DNA of 59,861 nt, filler included. It is 6 parts of 6 records of this genome, joined end to end, with 100 filler letters (N's around TTAATTAATTAA, not from the genome) between each part and the next. Parts side by side here need not be neighbours in the genome. Positions count along the whole stretch, not along the records: positions 6,418 to 24,246 come from SRR31156797_6744; 5 more parts are not named here. One strand, 5' to 3'. Positions within the stretch are counted from its first letter, which is position 1; each line of letters starts with the position of its first letter. A model generated the notes under the pieces. It did no database searches, was not told the origin of the DNA, and saw nothing but the letters and a program-made list of their open reading frames with translations. Positions 10,574 to 21,362 of the stretch are shown here, one piece after another. Made by a program: the position numbers and the translations under genes.

Positions 10574-12052
10574 TTATAGTGAACATTTTTCTAGAAACTC
10601 TTTATACTTTTCTTCCCAAAGAGCACTATTTATAGGCATATACTCATCTAAATCAAAAGTATCTACAACGATTTGTCGAATTTCTTTCAATGAATTTATC
10701 TCTTTTGCACCGTATGCCTGTGTTAAGATATTGCCCGTCGATGTTGCTTCAACAGGACCTGCAATAACTTTAATACCCATAGCGTTAGCAGTAAATTGAT
10801 TCAATAATGTGTTTTGACTGCCTCCACCTATTATATTTACTACGTCTATTATTCTGCCTGATGCAGTACATAAATCATTGAACGAATACTTATATTTAAA
10901 TGCTAAGTTCTCTAATATTATCCTTGCTATTTGCCCAATATCATCTGGTGAAGGACTTATTTGTCCGGTCTTGTCCAGATATTCACAGATTGCTGTAAGC
11001 ATGTTATCAGGATTCAAAAATGCACTATCGTCTGGATCAATATACCCTGCAAATGGTTTTGCGGTCCTAGCCATATCTGTAATCTCACCATATGATAAAT
11101 TCTTGTTTTTCTTGACCCATTGTTTCTTTGACTGCTGCACAAGCCATAGACCCATCAAAGATTTCAGTAAGAGTATTTTGTCAAATCCCCCACCGGAATT
11201 TGACAAATTTCTAGCCTTTGTTTCCTGATTTATTATAGCTTTATCTAGCTCCAAAGTGGTCATTGACCAAGTACCTGAACTTATAAAAGCAATATCACTT
11301 TCAGTATTTGGTACTACTACAGCTGCACTTGCAGTGTCATGGACCGGAGGAGTAATGATTAAGCAGTCTTCCGAAACTCCTGTTTCATTAGCTACATCTT
11401 TACGAATCTTACCGATTACATCTCCTGCATATATGATTTCAGGCTGCAGCTTCTTTGGAATATCAAATATATCAAATATCTCATCTTCCCATTCGCCTTT
11501 AACCGTATTAAATAGATTAGATGTAGTTGATAAACAATACTCAGCCTTTGGAACTCCGCTTAGGAAATACTGAAGTAAATCAGCTGTAAACAGCATTTTC
11601 TCACCCCAGCAAAGTGCAGGATCATCCATTTGCTTTGCTGCTACTAGCTGATTCAATGTATTAATCTCCATGTATTCAATGCCTGTAAGCTCATATAATC
11701 TGCCAAGGTTTATCTTACTTTCAATTATCTTTGTTGTATCAATGTTTCTTTTAGCTCTGTAATGATACGGCATAGAGCATAGCTTACCGTTTTTATCCAA
11801 AATACCATAGTCTACACCCCATGTATCTACTCCCATACTGCATGGTGTTTTGCCATATTTGTCACTATAAATTTTCAGAGCATTCTTTATCTCGGTAAAC
11901 AGCCTGTATATATCCCATCTTAAGCTGCCATTTACATAAGTACCTTGTGTGGAAAATCTATAGATTTCTTCAGAAACCAATTTACCTTCAATGACTTCAC
12001 CAACTATAGCCCTTCCGCTTTCAGCTCCTAAATCAAAAGCAATATGTTTCAT
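10574..12052 (-). CDS. Rhamnulokinase/L-fuculokinase-family FGGY sugar kinase
   Basis: AFDLGAESGR, GVDTWGVDY, HDTASA, FISSGTWS, IIGGGSQN and AGPVEAT motifs; directly downstream of fucI. Confidence 0.92.
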   Translation of the reverse strand: MKHIAFDLGAESGRAIVGEVIEGKLVSEEIYRFSTQGTYVNGSLRWDIYRLFTEIKNALKIYSDKYGKTPCSMGVDTWGVDYGILDKNGKLCSMPYHYRAKRNIDTTKIIESKINLGRLYELTGIEYMEINTLNQLVAAKQMDDPALCWGEKMLFTADLLQYFLSGVPKAEYCLSTTSNLFNTVKGEWEDEIFDIFDIPKKLQPEIIYAGDVIGKIRKDVANETGVSEDCLIITPPVHDTASAAVVVPNTESDIAFISSGTWSMTTLELDKAIINQETKARNLSNSGGGFDKILLLKSLMGLWLVQQSKKQWVKKNKNLSYGEITDMARTAKPFAGYIDPDDSAFLNPDNMLTAICEYLDKTGQISPSPDDIGQIARIILENLAFKYKYSFNDLCTASGRIIDVVNIIGGGSQNTLLNQFTANAMGIKVIAGPVEATSTGNILTQAYGAKEINSLKEIRQIVVDTFDLDEYMPINSALWEEKYKEFLEKCSL

Positions 12053-12119
12053 AAGTATACCTTCATCTTTTAATCATTCTTAATTATTATCTTACAACAG
12101 ATTTTCTAGTCTAGCTAAT

Positions 12120-13883
12120 TTATCTGCCATATATTGAACCATAATTTTGACAAGCTCTGTAGTCAGCGTCTTCCTTACTTTGAGTACCGAACATGCCCCA
12201 TGCTGATGGTCTGAATACGTCATTCTCATTAACATTATGCATATTTACTGGTATCCTAAGCATAGAAGCAAGAGTTATTAAATCTGCACCGATATGTCCG
12301 CAGCTAATTGCTCCGTGATTAGCACCCCAATTCGCCATAACGCTGTATACGTCTTGGAAAGCACCTTTACCTGTAAGATTTGGAACAAACCATGTTGTAG
12401 GCCATGTAGGACTTGTTCTCTCTGTCAAGATTCTATTTGCATCATCATCAAGCTCTACGGTGTAGCCCTCTGCTATCTGCAAAACTGGTCCAATTCCCTT
12501 AACAATATTTATTCGGCTCATTGTTACAGGCATATTTCCCTTTGTATAGAATAGTGATGAGAATCCGCCACCTCTGAAATATCCCAAATCAGCAGGACAC
12601 CACTTAGTTGCATCTAGACATTTATACATATCGCTATCAGAAATTTCCCAAAATGGTTTCATTACAGGATTTCCATTCTCATCAGACTGCTGTCCGCTGG
12701 CATCCAAGCATGTTGCACCTGAGTTGATTAAGTGGATGATACCGTTTTCAGCTTTACCAGTTAGTTTTTTGCCTGTTACTCTTTCGACTGCTTCAGGACT
12801 CCAGTATGTTCTTACATCTGAGAAAATCTGTGCTGTATTAGTCAGCAGCTTACCAAACAACATTGATGCACCATTTAGTGAGTCATTTTCTGTAGCCATA
12901 ACATATGGTTCTCTCTTGCCGTTCCAGTCAAAAGATGAACATAAAATAGCTTCCAAGAAGTCAGCATTTGGGTAATGATCTGTCCATTGTCTCTGCCCTT
13001 GGAAACCAGCAGCAATTGCATTGTGACCTTTTGCTTCTTCTGTAAATCCGATTTCTGCAAGTTTTGGATTGCCATTCATCAAATCCTTTGCAATTATTGC
13101 ACATTTGACAACAAATTCCCACTGTTTATCTTTTTCTTCTCTTGATGCTTGTTCGCTATTGTCATCCCTACCCTCTTGGCAGTATTCATTTTTCCACTTA
13201 AGAGCTTTCTCAAACTCATCTTTATCATATATTCCTTCATCTACTCTTCGAATAAATTCAGTCATATCTACCTGCTCGGTTCTCATACCAAGGTAGTCTT
13301 GGAAAAAATCATCATCAACTTTTGAGCCAGCAATACCCATTGATACATTACCACAAGCAAGATAGCTCTTCCCTTTCATTTCACCTACGGCTACTGCAGC
13401 CTTAGCAAAACGCAGAATTTTCGTCTGTACATCCTCGGGAATACTTGTGTCATCACTATCCTGAACATCTCTGCCATATATTCCATAGGCAGGTAAACCT
13501 CTTTGGTTATGAGCAGCTAAAACTGCTGCAAGGTATACTGCACCAGGTCTTTCAGTACCGTTAAATCCCCAAACAGCTTTTGGTAAAAGAGGATCCATAT
13601 CCATAGTTTCAGTACCATAGCACCAGCATGGTGTCACAGTCAGCGTAGCGCACACACCTGCTCTGGCAAATTTCTCTTCGCATGCTGCTGCCTCAGATAC
13701 TCTTCCGATGGTTGTGTCTGCAATTACACATTCTACAGGGTTTCCCTGCCTGTCTTTTAGGTTTTCAGAGATTAGCTTCGCTGCGGATTTCGCCATATTC
13801 ATTGTTTGTTCTTCAAGTCCAGCTCTTACACTTAGTTTGCCTTCTCTAGCATCAATTGTAGGTCTAATACCAATTTTAGCCAT
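12120..13883 (-). CDS. fucI: L-fucose/D-arabinose isomerase
   Basis: [49 protein letters not shown] and NWGANH motifs; 587 aa. Confidence 0.96.
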   Translation of the reverse strand: MAKIGIRPTIDAREGKLSVRAGLEEQTMNMAKSAAKLISENLKDRQGNPVECVIADTTIGRVSEAAACEEKFARAGVCATLTVTPCWCYGTETMDMDPLLPKAVWGFNGTERPGAVYLAAVLAAHNQRGLPAYGIYGRDVQDSDDTSIPEDVQTKILRFAKAAVAVGEMKGKSYLACGNVSMGIAGSKVDDDFFQDYLGMRTEQVDMTEFIRRVDEGIYDKDEFEKALKWKNEYCQEGRDDNSEQASREEKDKQWEFVVKCAIIAKDLMNGNPKLAEIGFTEEAKGHNAIAAGFQGQRQWTDHYPNADFLEAILCSSFDWNGKREPYVMATENDSLNGASMLFGKLLTNTAQIFSDVRTYWSPEAVERVTGKKLTGKAENGIIHLINSGATCLDASGQQSDENGNPVMKPFWEISDSDMYKCLDATKWCPADLGYFRGGGFSSLFYTKGNMPVTMSRINIVKGIGPVLQIAEGYTVELDDDANRILTERTSPTWPTTWFVPNLTGKGAFQDVYSVMANWGANHGAISCGHIGADLITLASMLRIPVNMHNVNENDVFRPSAWGMFGTQSKEDADYRACQNYGSIYGR

Positions 13884-13897
13884 TTTATTCCTCCTTC

Positions 13898-15187
13898 TTA
13901 ACTTATGTCTCCTTCAAATTCTTCGTATCCAATTTTAGCGTAAATATCAATTAATTCTGATAATTTTTTATTTTTATTTTCTCCGGCAAATAGTCCCTGT
14001 GAAATATCCTCGCTGGCTTTTAGCTCATGTCCTATTAACGCCCAAGTATTATTTATCAGGTGAATAAATATATCTTCAAATAACTCTTCGCAGATAAATG
14101 ATTGTCTCGGTTGATTTATGTCCTCTCCGTTAATCTGATAGAAGCTATGCTTCCTGCACAGTTTTATTAATCTATCCAGCTGATCACGAGAATTTCTAGA
14201 TGGCATATATGCAATAGCATCAAATCCAATCTCTTTGTTGTATTCCATTAGTTCATCCAAGAAGCTATCTTCAAATTTTTGCGCCTTTTTATCTCCTGTT
14301 ACAGAATCACCAACATCGCCCAGATATGCATAAGCAGGTATAGCCCCAATCTCATGAGCAAAGTCTATAACTTCTTTAACAGGCAGTATTTCAGGATACT
14401 CAGCCTCAATGAACATGCGTTTAACGAATGTGCTCTTTAGAACATTCAAAAGGTCATATGAGAAAGTATCGTTTGATTCATCTTCTAAATAACCTCTTTG
14501 CTTTGTATTTAATCCAATATTTAGTACATTTTCTATGTAATCAATTAATTCGTCTCTTGATTTTGTCTTCTCTATTATCTTGTTTCCCAGAGCATACAGA
14601 ATATGCCTCTCTGTTATGCTCCCTCCATCGTTAAAATATGAAATTGGTATGACATCTTTATTAAAATCCAGATTAATATCAGGTACAATTTCATTAATAC
14701 GGCTGACCATATCCTTATTTCTTTCATTTCGTGCAATTCTGATTTTGGATAAGAATTTTTCAGCCTTGTCTATGTTCTGATGAGGTACACCATGAACACA
14801 CATGTAAGCACAGCCAATCTGATCAGGACTATTAAGCCTTACATCTGCAAACGGTGTATCCTTCCAGTCAGTTCTCATTTCGAATCCGATAGTAGTTGCA
14901 AGATTCATAATACGTCCTGCTTCAAGGAATTCTTTTGCACCTGCTATTGAATCATGATCCATTATTCCTACAGTATTTAGCCCTGCATTATATGCTTCGT
15001 ATACTATTCTGGTAGGTGAATAAGGTGAAAAAGAGTACGTTGAATGAACATGGTTATTTGTATAACCTTTTTTCTTAGTTCTCTCACCAATGCCTGAAAC
15101 AAATTCACTTAATGCACTAAGTCTTTTATCTGCCGAATCTGCGTTCATTTTTTCTATTAATAAACTATTATCCATATTTCTTTTCAA
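13898..15187 (-). CDS. PHP-domain metal-dependent phosphoesterase-like protein
   Basis: NNHVHSTYS (HxH), GIMDHDS and GFEMR PHP motifs; C-terminal GEDINQ in place of GSDxH; start may be 15175. Confidence 0.8.
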   Translation of the reverse strand: MKRNMDNSLLIEKMNADSADKRLSALSEFVSGIGERTKKKGYTNNHVHSTYSFSPYSPTRIVYEAYNAGLNTVGIMDHDSIAGAKEFLEAGRIMNLATTIGFEMRTDWKDTPFADVRLNSPDQIGCAYMCVHGVPHQNIDKAEKFLSKIRIARNERNKDMVSRINEIVPDINLDFNKDVIPISYFNDGGSITERHILYALGNKIIEKTKSRDELIDYIENVLNIGLNTKQRGYLEDESNDTFSYDLLNVLKSTFVKRMFIEAEYPEILPVKEVIDFAHEIGAIPAYAYLGDVGDSVTGDKKAQKFEDSFLDELMEYNKEIGFDAIAYMPSRNSRDQLDRLIKLCRKHSFYQINGEDINQPRQSFICEELFEDIFIHLINNTWALIGHELKASEDISQGLFAGENKNKKLSELIDIYAKIGYEEFEGDIS

Positions 15188-15218
15188 CCTTTAACATTTT
15201 AGCGAACACTATTGCTCG

Positions 15219-16004
15219 TTATGTCATTTGCTGACCGCCAGTTACATTAATTGCCTGGCCTGTCATATATGATGCCTTATCGCTTGCCAAAAATACCAGT
15301 AGATTCTCCACATCCTCATATTCGCATGACCGTTTCAGTGGAACTTGGTTGATATATTTTGCTCTCACTTCTTCTTCCGAAATACCTTGATTCTTGGCAT
15401 ATTGCTTAAATAAACTATTTGTCCAAAGTGGTGAGTTCAATAGATTACCTGGGCAAATTGCATTTACTCTGATATTATCTTCTGCCAGTTCCAGAGCTAA
15501 ACTCTGAACCAATCCAATACCTCCAAACTTACTTGCGGCATATGCAGAATTTTTGTAAGAACCTTTTTTCCCTGATTTAGAGTTGATTTGAATTATAACC
15601 CCTCCATTTTCATTCTTTTTCATAAATTGTGCTGCTGCTTTAGATGTATTGAAAAAACCACAAAGGTTTACATCAACAACCAGCTTCCACTTATCAGGAT
15701 CAAATTCATCTATACTGCCCGAAATTAGTATCGCTGCGTTGCTTATCAGTATATCAATCTTACCAAATTTATCAAACGCAGCCTGCATTAATTCAGTACA
15801 TTGATCATAATTAGATACGTCTATTTTCATTGCAATTGCATTATCGATACTATCTGCAGTTGCTTGTGCACCTTCTAGGTTCATATCACCGATAGCAACA
15901 TTTGCACCTTCAGCAGCCACTCTCTTTGCCAAAGCTTGACCCAGCCCTTGTGCTGCTCCTGTTATTACTACAGTTTTTCCCTTTAGCCTATTATAATCAG
16001 ACAT
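15219..16004 (-). CDS. SDR oxidoreductase, sorbitol-6-phosphate 2-dehydrogenase (SrlD/SorD)-like
   Basis: TGAAQGLG, IQINSKSGKKGS, YAASKFGG, PGNLL and SYMTGQAINVTGG; start moved to ATG 16004 behind AGGAGG (ORF-track extension overlaps the upstream gene). Confidence 0.88.
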   Translation of the reverse strand: MSDYNRLKGKTVVITGAAQGLGQALAKRVAAEGANVAIGDMNLEGAQATADSIDNAIAMKIDVSNYDQCTELMQAAFDKFGKIDILISNAAILISGSIDEFDPDKWKLVVDVNLCGFFNTSKAAAQFMKKNENGGVIIQINSKSGKKGSYKNSAYAASKFGGIGLVQSLALELAEDNIRVNAICPGNLLNSPLWTNSLFKQYAKNQGISEEEVRAKYINQVPLKRSCEYEDVENLLVFLASDKASYMTGQAINVTGGQQMT

Positions 16005-16029
16005 TTTTCCTCCTAATAAGAAAACAATT

Positions 16030-17292
16030 TTAGTTGATTTTTTCTCCATTTTCCAGTAGGTATTTCTCTGCTTTACCACTCCAGAATCCACCATTTGCAT
16101 TTGTGATTTCAGCAAGTTTAGCAAAGAACTCGTCTTCTCTGCCTATTTCTTCAAAATCATCAATAGCTGTCAATGGCATTTTTATCTGATTATATATAAG
16201 CTTCTTTCCTCCTGGAATTTCTGGCAAATGCTTTGTAGCTTCTACTACGCTATCCAGTCCGCCGATATGAGTAATCATAGCAGTAGGGTTTACAATTCCT
16301 TTTGACATCAAATCAATAGATTCTATCATGTCATCGGTATTTCCTCCGCTGGTTCCTATAATATGAGTCGCTGAATAATGAACATTATAGAAATTCAATT
16401 TTGCACTGAATTCAGTGTTAGTTGGTCCTGCAAAGAAGTTCAGACATCCATCTTTTGCCAGCAGTCTGTCTGCCTGTTCGACTACAGGTACAACAGGAGC
16501 CATTACAAAAACATCATCATATCCTTTAGAATCAGTTAGTTTCAGCAAATCAGCTTCGGATTCTGGATTTCTTGTATTTATATAGTGTAGCTCTACCCCA
16601 TTTTTTGCAGCTTCCTCCACAGTATATATCCTTTGCGCTCTTGATAACCTGTCATCATCAATATCTGTTACAACTAATAGTTTTGGCTTTCTATCACAAT
16701 GAATAGCATAATCAATAGCACCTAGTCCCATAGGACCTGCACCTGCAAGTATTGCTAGGTTACCGCCCTCTACAATACCCATTTTGTGTTCGTATGTCCC
16801 CTGAGTTATATGATATGAAGCATGAAACGCTCCAACTATACAGCTCATTGGCTCTGCAAGACTACCATAGAAATATACATCTGAATCATAGTTAAGCAAA
16901 CATTTCATTTCCATTACTTCATTTGGAATAATTATGTAGGTCGCATCTCCGCCAATATATTTAAACGAATATCCTGGTGCGTCCAAAGAACCCTTATAGT
17001 TTAAGGCAGGTTGAATAGAAAATTTATTACCAGCTTTAAACTCATTCTTCCACTTATCTCCCACTTCGATTATCTCTCCGCAGAATTCGTGACCAATAAT
17101 AACTGGATTTTGTGCAACATCATCAGGTACCCTCTTATGATCTTCCCCTTGCTTGGCTGCCTTATAGGATGACATACATAGACTGTCTGAATATATTTTT
17201 GCTAATATCTCTGAATCAGTTATCTGCGGTAATTCAAATTCCTCTAATCTTAGGTCATATTTTCCGTAGAGACGTACGGCTTTTGTTTTCAT
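16030..17292 (-). CDS. Zinc-binding (MDR) dehydrogenase, L-sorbose-1-phosphate reductase (SorE)-like
   Basis: MKTKAVRLYGKYDLRLEEFELP, DSLCMSSYKA, GHEF, AEPMSC, GAGPMG and GTSGGNTDDM are SorE-family features; start ATG 17292 after AAGGAG. Confidence 0.85.
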   Translation of the reverse strand: MKTKAVRLYGKYDLRLEEFELPQITDSEILAKIYSDSLCMSSYKAAKQGEDHKRVPDDVAQNPVIIGHEFCGEIIEVGDKWKNEFKAGNKFSIQPALNYKGSLDAPGYSFKYIGGDATYIIIPNEVMEMKCLLNYDSDVYFYGSLAEPMSCIVGAFHASYHITQGTYEHKMGIVEGGNLAILAGAGPMGLGAIDYAIHCDRKPKLLVVTDIDDDRLSRAQRIYTVEEAAKNGVELHYINTRNPESEADLLKLTDSKGYDDVFVMAPVVPVVEQADRLLAKDGCLNFFAGPTNTEFSAKLNFYNVHYSATHIIGTSGGNTDDMIESIDLMSKGIVNPTAMITHIGGLDSVVEATKHLPEIPGGKKLIYNQIKMPLTAIDDFEEIGREDEFFAKLAEITNANGGFWSGKAEKYLLENGEKIN

Positions 17293-17310
17293 ACTAGCTC
17301 CTTGTATAAT

Positions 17311-17465
17311 GTACACAGCTAGAAATTGACTAAATTACACATATCCGCTTATGCATGCCTAGTCCTAGTTACTAAATATTAGTTAATTAGTAACCATTGA
17401 CTGATCACACCTTCGCTATGTATTTCTTCCTCTAGCTGTAGTTTCGCTTTTGTTTAACAAAAGCT
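17311..17465 (-). repeat. Copy B of the ~155-nt dispersed structured element
   Basis: Homologous to 9551-9705; nested stems 17314-17325/17429-17440, 17361-17364/17399-17402 and 17367-17375/17387-17395; ends ~7 nt before the AAGGAG RBS. Confidence 0.8.
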
Positions 17466-17497
17466 CCTTTATATTTAAAATTTATGTAGTTAGTAGA

Positions 17498-19972
17498 TTA
17501 AACTCCACGTTTTGCATTTCGTATTTGTTCTACGCTTGTAAAGTTAGCAGTACATGTATGACCTGCCAGAGGCAATATCTTCTCATGTATTGCATCAATT
17601 ATCCATGATACTTGTGGGAAGAATGCATTTTCCAGCTCATGTGCAGGTGTTATCCAGTTCTTTGCTCCAACTACTACAGGAGGTGCATCAAGGTAATCAA
17701 ATGCAAGTTCAGAGATGTTCTGTGCTAAGTCATTCATATGAGAGCCACGTGCGCATGCATCACCTGTGATAAGGATTCTGCCAGTCTTTTTCACAGACTC
17801 TAATACTTTTTCATAATTAAATGGTACTAGGCTTCTTGCATCAATGACTTCAGTTGATAAACCATACTTTTCTTCTAATTCTTTTGCAGCATCAAGTCCT
17901 TTGTATAAAGATGAACCAATTGTCAGTATTGTCATATCACTGCCTTGTTTCTTTACATCAGGCTCACCGAATTCAATTTCGTAGCTTTCTTCTGGCACTC
18001 CGCCTTCATGGAATTGCTCTGCAACATCATAAATTCTTTGGCTTTCTAGGAATACAACTGGGTCTGTTCCATTTAGTGCAGCAGTCATAAGTCCCTTTGC
18101 ATCATATGGTGTTGCTGGGAATACAACTTTTAGTCCGGGGATATGTGTGCAAAGTGCTGACCAGTCCTGTGAATGCTGTGCTCCATATTTAGAACCAACC
18201 GAAGCTCTCAATATCAGCGGCATCTTTATTACTCCTGCACTCATAGACTGCCATTTACTCATTTGGTTAAATATTTCATCTCCTGCTCTTCCTAAGAAGT
18301 CAATATACATAAGTTCTACTACCGCTCTACCTCCAGTCATTGCATAACCTACGCCTGAGCCTACAATAGCAGCTTCTGATATTGGTGAGTTGAAGAATCT
18401 ATGATATGGCAGGCTCTCTGTTAATCCTCTATATACAGCGAATGCTCCGCCCCAGTCTCTATTATCTTCACCATAAGCGATAAGAGTTGGATCCTCGTAG
18501 AATTTATCCAGCATAGCTTCAAAGATACCATCACGCAGCTGATATGCTCTGTTCTTGCTTACTGCTTTTCCTTTATCATCGTATGCGAAACGTACTTTCT
18601 TTGCAATTTGCTTTACTCTTGGATTCTCTTCTTTCGGCAGTAGTACAACAGGTTCTCTTGATTCATCCATGCTGGCAACCTTATCATTTGAAAACATTAA
18701 ATCAGCAATTATATCTGGATTTTTTACCAAATCCATTCGTGGAGAAACTTTTTCATCAATTGCTAATACAAAAGCATTAAAGATATATTTCTTTACTTGC
18801 TCTTCTACTTTCTTTAACTCTGTTTTAGTTGATACCTTAGCCGCAAGCAACTGAGATTTGAATTCAACAATAGAATCATTTTCCTGCCACATTGCGATTT
18901 CTTCTTTTGTTCTGTATGTAGATGCATCTGATGGAGAGTGTCCGCTGAAACGATATGTAACCACATCCAGCAATACAGGACCTTCGCCCTTTTCTACTAT
19001 TTCTCTTTTTCTTCTGTAAGCATCAATAACAGCCAGAGGATTGTATCCGTCAACTCTTTCTGCATGCATCTGGCTAGGAGTGATTCCTGCACCTAATCTG
19101 GCAACTACATCGTATGCCATTGTTTCGCCGCATGTCTGACCGCCCATACCATAGTGGTTATTAAATATATTAAAGATAATTGGAAGTCCGCCGTTGTAAC
19201 CGTCTTCCCATAGTGTTTTGAATTGATCCATTGCTGAGAAGTTCATTCCTTCGTACACAGGTCCGCATCCAATTGATGCATCACCTATATTGCAGATAAC
19301 CATTCCGTCCTTTTGATTGCATCTTTTGTAAAGAGCTCCACCAACAGCTACAGAACCTGATCCGCCAACAATTGCATTGTTTGGATAAATACCAAATGGT
19401 GTAAAAAATGCATGCATTGAGCCGCCAAGCCCCTTGTTAAATCCTGTTTCTCTAGCAAATATCTCTGCTAAAGTACCGTATATTAAGAACTCTCTTGCTA
19501 TCTCTTTTACATCTTTAGATTTGGTTTTTTCCTTTACAATCTTATATATTGCTCCATCAAAGAAAGATTCCATAATTTTAGTAAGCTCATCATCTGACAA
19601 CTTCTCAATTGAAGAAAGTCCTTTTGCTAAAATCTCACCATGACTTCTGTGTGAGCCAAATGTAAAGTCCTCAACAGTAAGGTCAAATGCCTGTCCAACA
19701 TATGCTGCTTCCTGACCTATACCTAAGTGAGCAGGACCAGGATGATGGTATTCAACATCTTCATATTTTCCTGTTACTTTAATTGAATTCAGCATGCTTT
19801 CAAATTCACGGATTACAAGCATATCTCTGAATATATTCAGGAATTCTTCTTTTGTAAAATTACCTTTCTCGTCCTTAACCGTCTTTTGGTAAGTATTTAA
19901 TGGAATGTCTTCAAATTTTGAAATTCCTGCTTTTCTTTTGTCCTTTGGGTCTACTAACAAACTCTTAGTCAT
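17498..19972 (-). CDS. Fused E1 alpha/beta TPP-dependent dehydrogenase (acetoin/2-oxoacid dehydrogenase family)
   Basis: Alpha part: HLGIGQEA, HRSHG, GGSMH, GDAS...NN TPP motif, YRFSGHSPSD; beta part: GED, SPISEAAIVG, GAQHSQ, PATPYDAKGL, EVIDARSLVP. Confidence 0.93.
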   Translation of the reverse strand: MTKSLLVDPKDKRKAGISKFEDIPLNTYQKTVKDEKGNFTKEEFLNIFRDMLVIREFESMLNSIKVTGKYEDVEYHHPGPAHLGIGQEAAYVGQAFDLTVEDFTFGSHRSHGEILAKGLSSIEKLSDDELTKIMESFFDGAIYKIVKEKTKSKDVKEIAREFLIYGTLAEIFARETGFNKGLGGSMHAFFTPFGIYPNNAIVGGSGSVAVGGALYKRCNQKDGMVICNIGDASIGCGPVYEGMNFSAMDQFKTLWEDGYNGGLPIIFNIFNNHYGMGGQTCGETMAYDVVARLGAGITPSQMHAERVDGYNPLAVIDAYRRKREIVEKGEGPVLLDVVTYRFSGHSPSDASTYRTKEEIAMWQENDSIVEFKSQLLAAKVSTKTELKKVEEQVKKYIFNAFVLAIDEKVSPRMDLVKNPDIIADLMFSNDKVASMDESREPVVLLPKEENPRVKQIAKKVRFAYDDKGKAVSKNRAYQLRDGIFEAMLDKFYEDPTLIAYGEDNRDWGGAFAVYRGLTESLPYHRFFNSPISEAAIVGSGVGYAMTGGRAVVELMYIDFLGRAGDEIFNQMSKWQSMSAGVIKMPLILRASVGSKYGAQHSQDWSALCTHIPGLKVVFPATPYDAKGLMTAALNGTDPVVFLESQRIYDVAEQFHEGGVPEESYEIEFGEPDVKKQGSDMTILTIGSSLYKGLDAAKELEEKYGLSTEVIDARSLVPFNYEKVLESVKKTGRILITGDACARGSHMNDLAQNISELAFDYLDAPPVVVGAKNWITPAHELENAFFPQVSWIIDAIHEKILPLAGHTCTANFTSVEQIRNAKRGV

Positions 19973-19987
19973 TTTTAACTCCTTAAT

Positions 19988-21352
19988 CTATAGTTGAAAA
20001 ATTGCTTCTCTGATTACTTCAGAAACTGTAGGATGTGGAAATACTATCTCCTTAATTTCGTTGATTGTCATTTCCTTTTCTATCATTATCGCGGCACTTA
20101 CGATAATCTCTGATGCATAGTTTCCAATAATATGTACACCAAGTAATTTATTGTACTTATTGTCAACAACTATTTTTATTATTCCATCGCCGCCTTCATT
20201 CTCTGCCATATATCTGCCTGAGTAGTTCATGGTAATGCTTTTTACTGTGACATCTAAGCCTTTTGCTTTTGCCTGCTCCTCTGTGATACCAACTGCTCCA
20301 ATCTCTGGATTTGTATAAATAACACTAGGGATAGCTTCATATCTCATAGTATCTTTTTTAGCAAACATATTGTTTACTGCAACTTCAGCTTCTCTGTATG
20401 CAGTATGTGCCAGCATAGATTTTCCGTTTACATCACCTGCCGCATATACTTCTGGTCTGTTGGTTTTGCATTTTTCGTCTACGACAACTGCTCCTCTGTC
20501 AGTCTCAACTCCAATATTCTCCAAACCAATATCCTTAGTATTTGCTCTTCTGCCGATAGATAACAGAACTTTATCAGCTTTTATTGTCTTAGTCTCATTA
20601 TTTTCTTCATATATTACTGAGTCTTTTGTTATCTCGATAACTTTACATCCAAGATTAAAATTGACACCTTTCTTTTCATAATTCTTCTGCAATATTGATG
20701 CCAAGTCTTTATCTATTTGCCCGCCTACTTTATCAAGCATTTCTATTACATTTACTTTACTGCCAGCCGAATTAAAGTAACTTGCCATTTCAAGTCCAAT
20801 AACTCCGCCACCGATTACTACCAATTCATTTGGCACATCTGTAATTTCCAGTATTTCTTTGTTAGTCAGAACGAACTGGTTTTCCAGCCCTTCCTTTAAA
20901 CCAGGTATTGGGGGAACCGCAGGTAAGGATCCAGTAGCTATTAGTATCCTTTTTCCAACATATGTGTTGTCACCTGCGGCGATTTCGTAGCCATCATTTG
21001 TCTTTTGCTTTATACACCCTTTAGCGTCAACTATTGTAACTCCATTAGCCTTTACAGCGGCTCTTACTCCGCCTGTCAGCTTCGCTACAACCTTATTCTT
21101 GCGTTTTACCACAACCTTATGATTAATACTTACATTGTCTGCATGTACACCATATTTCTTACCCATAGATGCCCCATCAGCAAGCTTTGCAGAATATAGA
21201 TAAGTTTTAGTAGGTACACAGCCTTTGTTTAGGCATACTCCGCCGATATGTTCTTTTTCAATTAATAGAGTCTTTAATCCTTCATGACCTGCTCTTTCAC
21301 AAGCTAAATATCCTGCTGGACCTCCTCCGATAACAATTAAATCGTAAATCAT
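19988..21352 (-). CDS. lpdA: Dihydrolipoyl dehydrogenase (E3)
   Basis: GGGPAGY, GGVCLNKGCVPTK redox disulfide, GGGVIGLE and HPTVSE. Confidence 0.95.
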   Translation of the reverse strand: MIYDLIVIGGGPAGYLACERAGHEGLKTLLIEKEHIGGVCLNKGCVPTKTYLYSAKLADGASMGKKYGVHADNVSINHKVVVKRKNKVVAKLTGGVRAAVKANGVTIVDAKGCIKQKTNDGYEIAAGDNTYVGKRILIATGSLPAVPPIPGLKEGLENQFVLTNKEILEITDVPNELVVIGGGVIGLEMASYFNSAGSKVNVIEMLDKVGGQIDKDLASILQKNYEKKGVNFNLGCKVIEITKDSVIYEENNETKTIKADKVLLSIGRRANTKDIGLENIGVETDRGAVVVDEKCKTNRPEVYAAGDVNGKSMLAHTAYREAEVAVNNMFAKKDTMRYEAIPSVIYTNPEIGAVGITEEQAKAKGLDVTVKSITMNYSGRYMAENEGGDGIIKIVVDNKYNKLLGVHIIGNYASEIIVSAAIMIEKEMTINEIKEIVFPHPTVSEVIREAIFQL

Positions 21353-21362
21353 TATTTATCTC

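Noticed and set aside
16005-16124. N-terminal extension of the SDR in the ORF track
   Set aside because: Overlaps the upstream gene; the AGGAGG RBS supports ATG 16004
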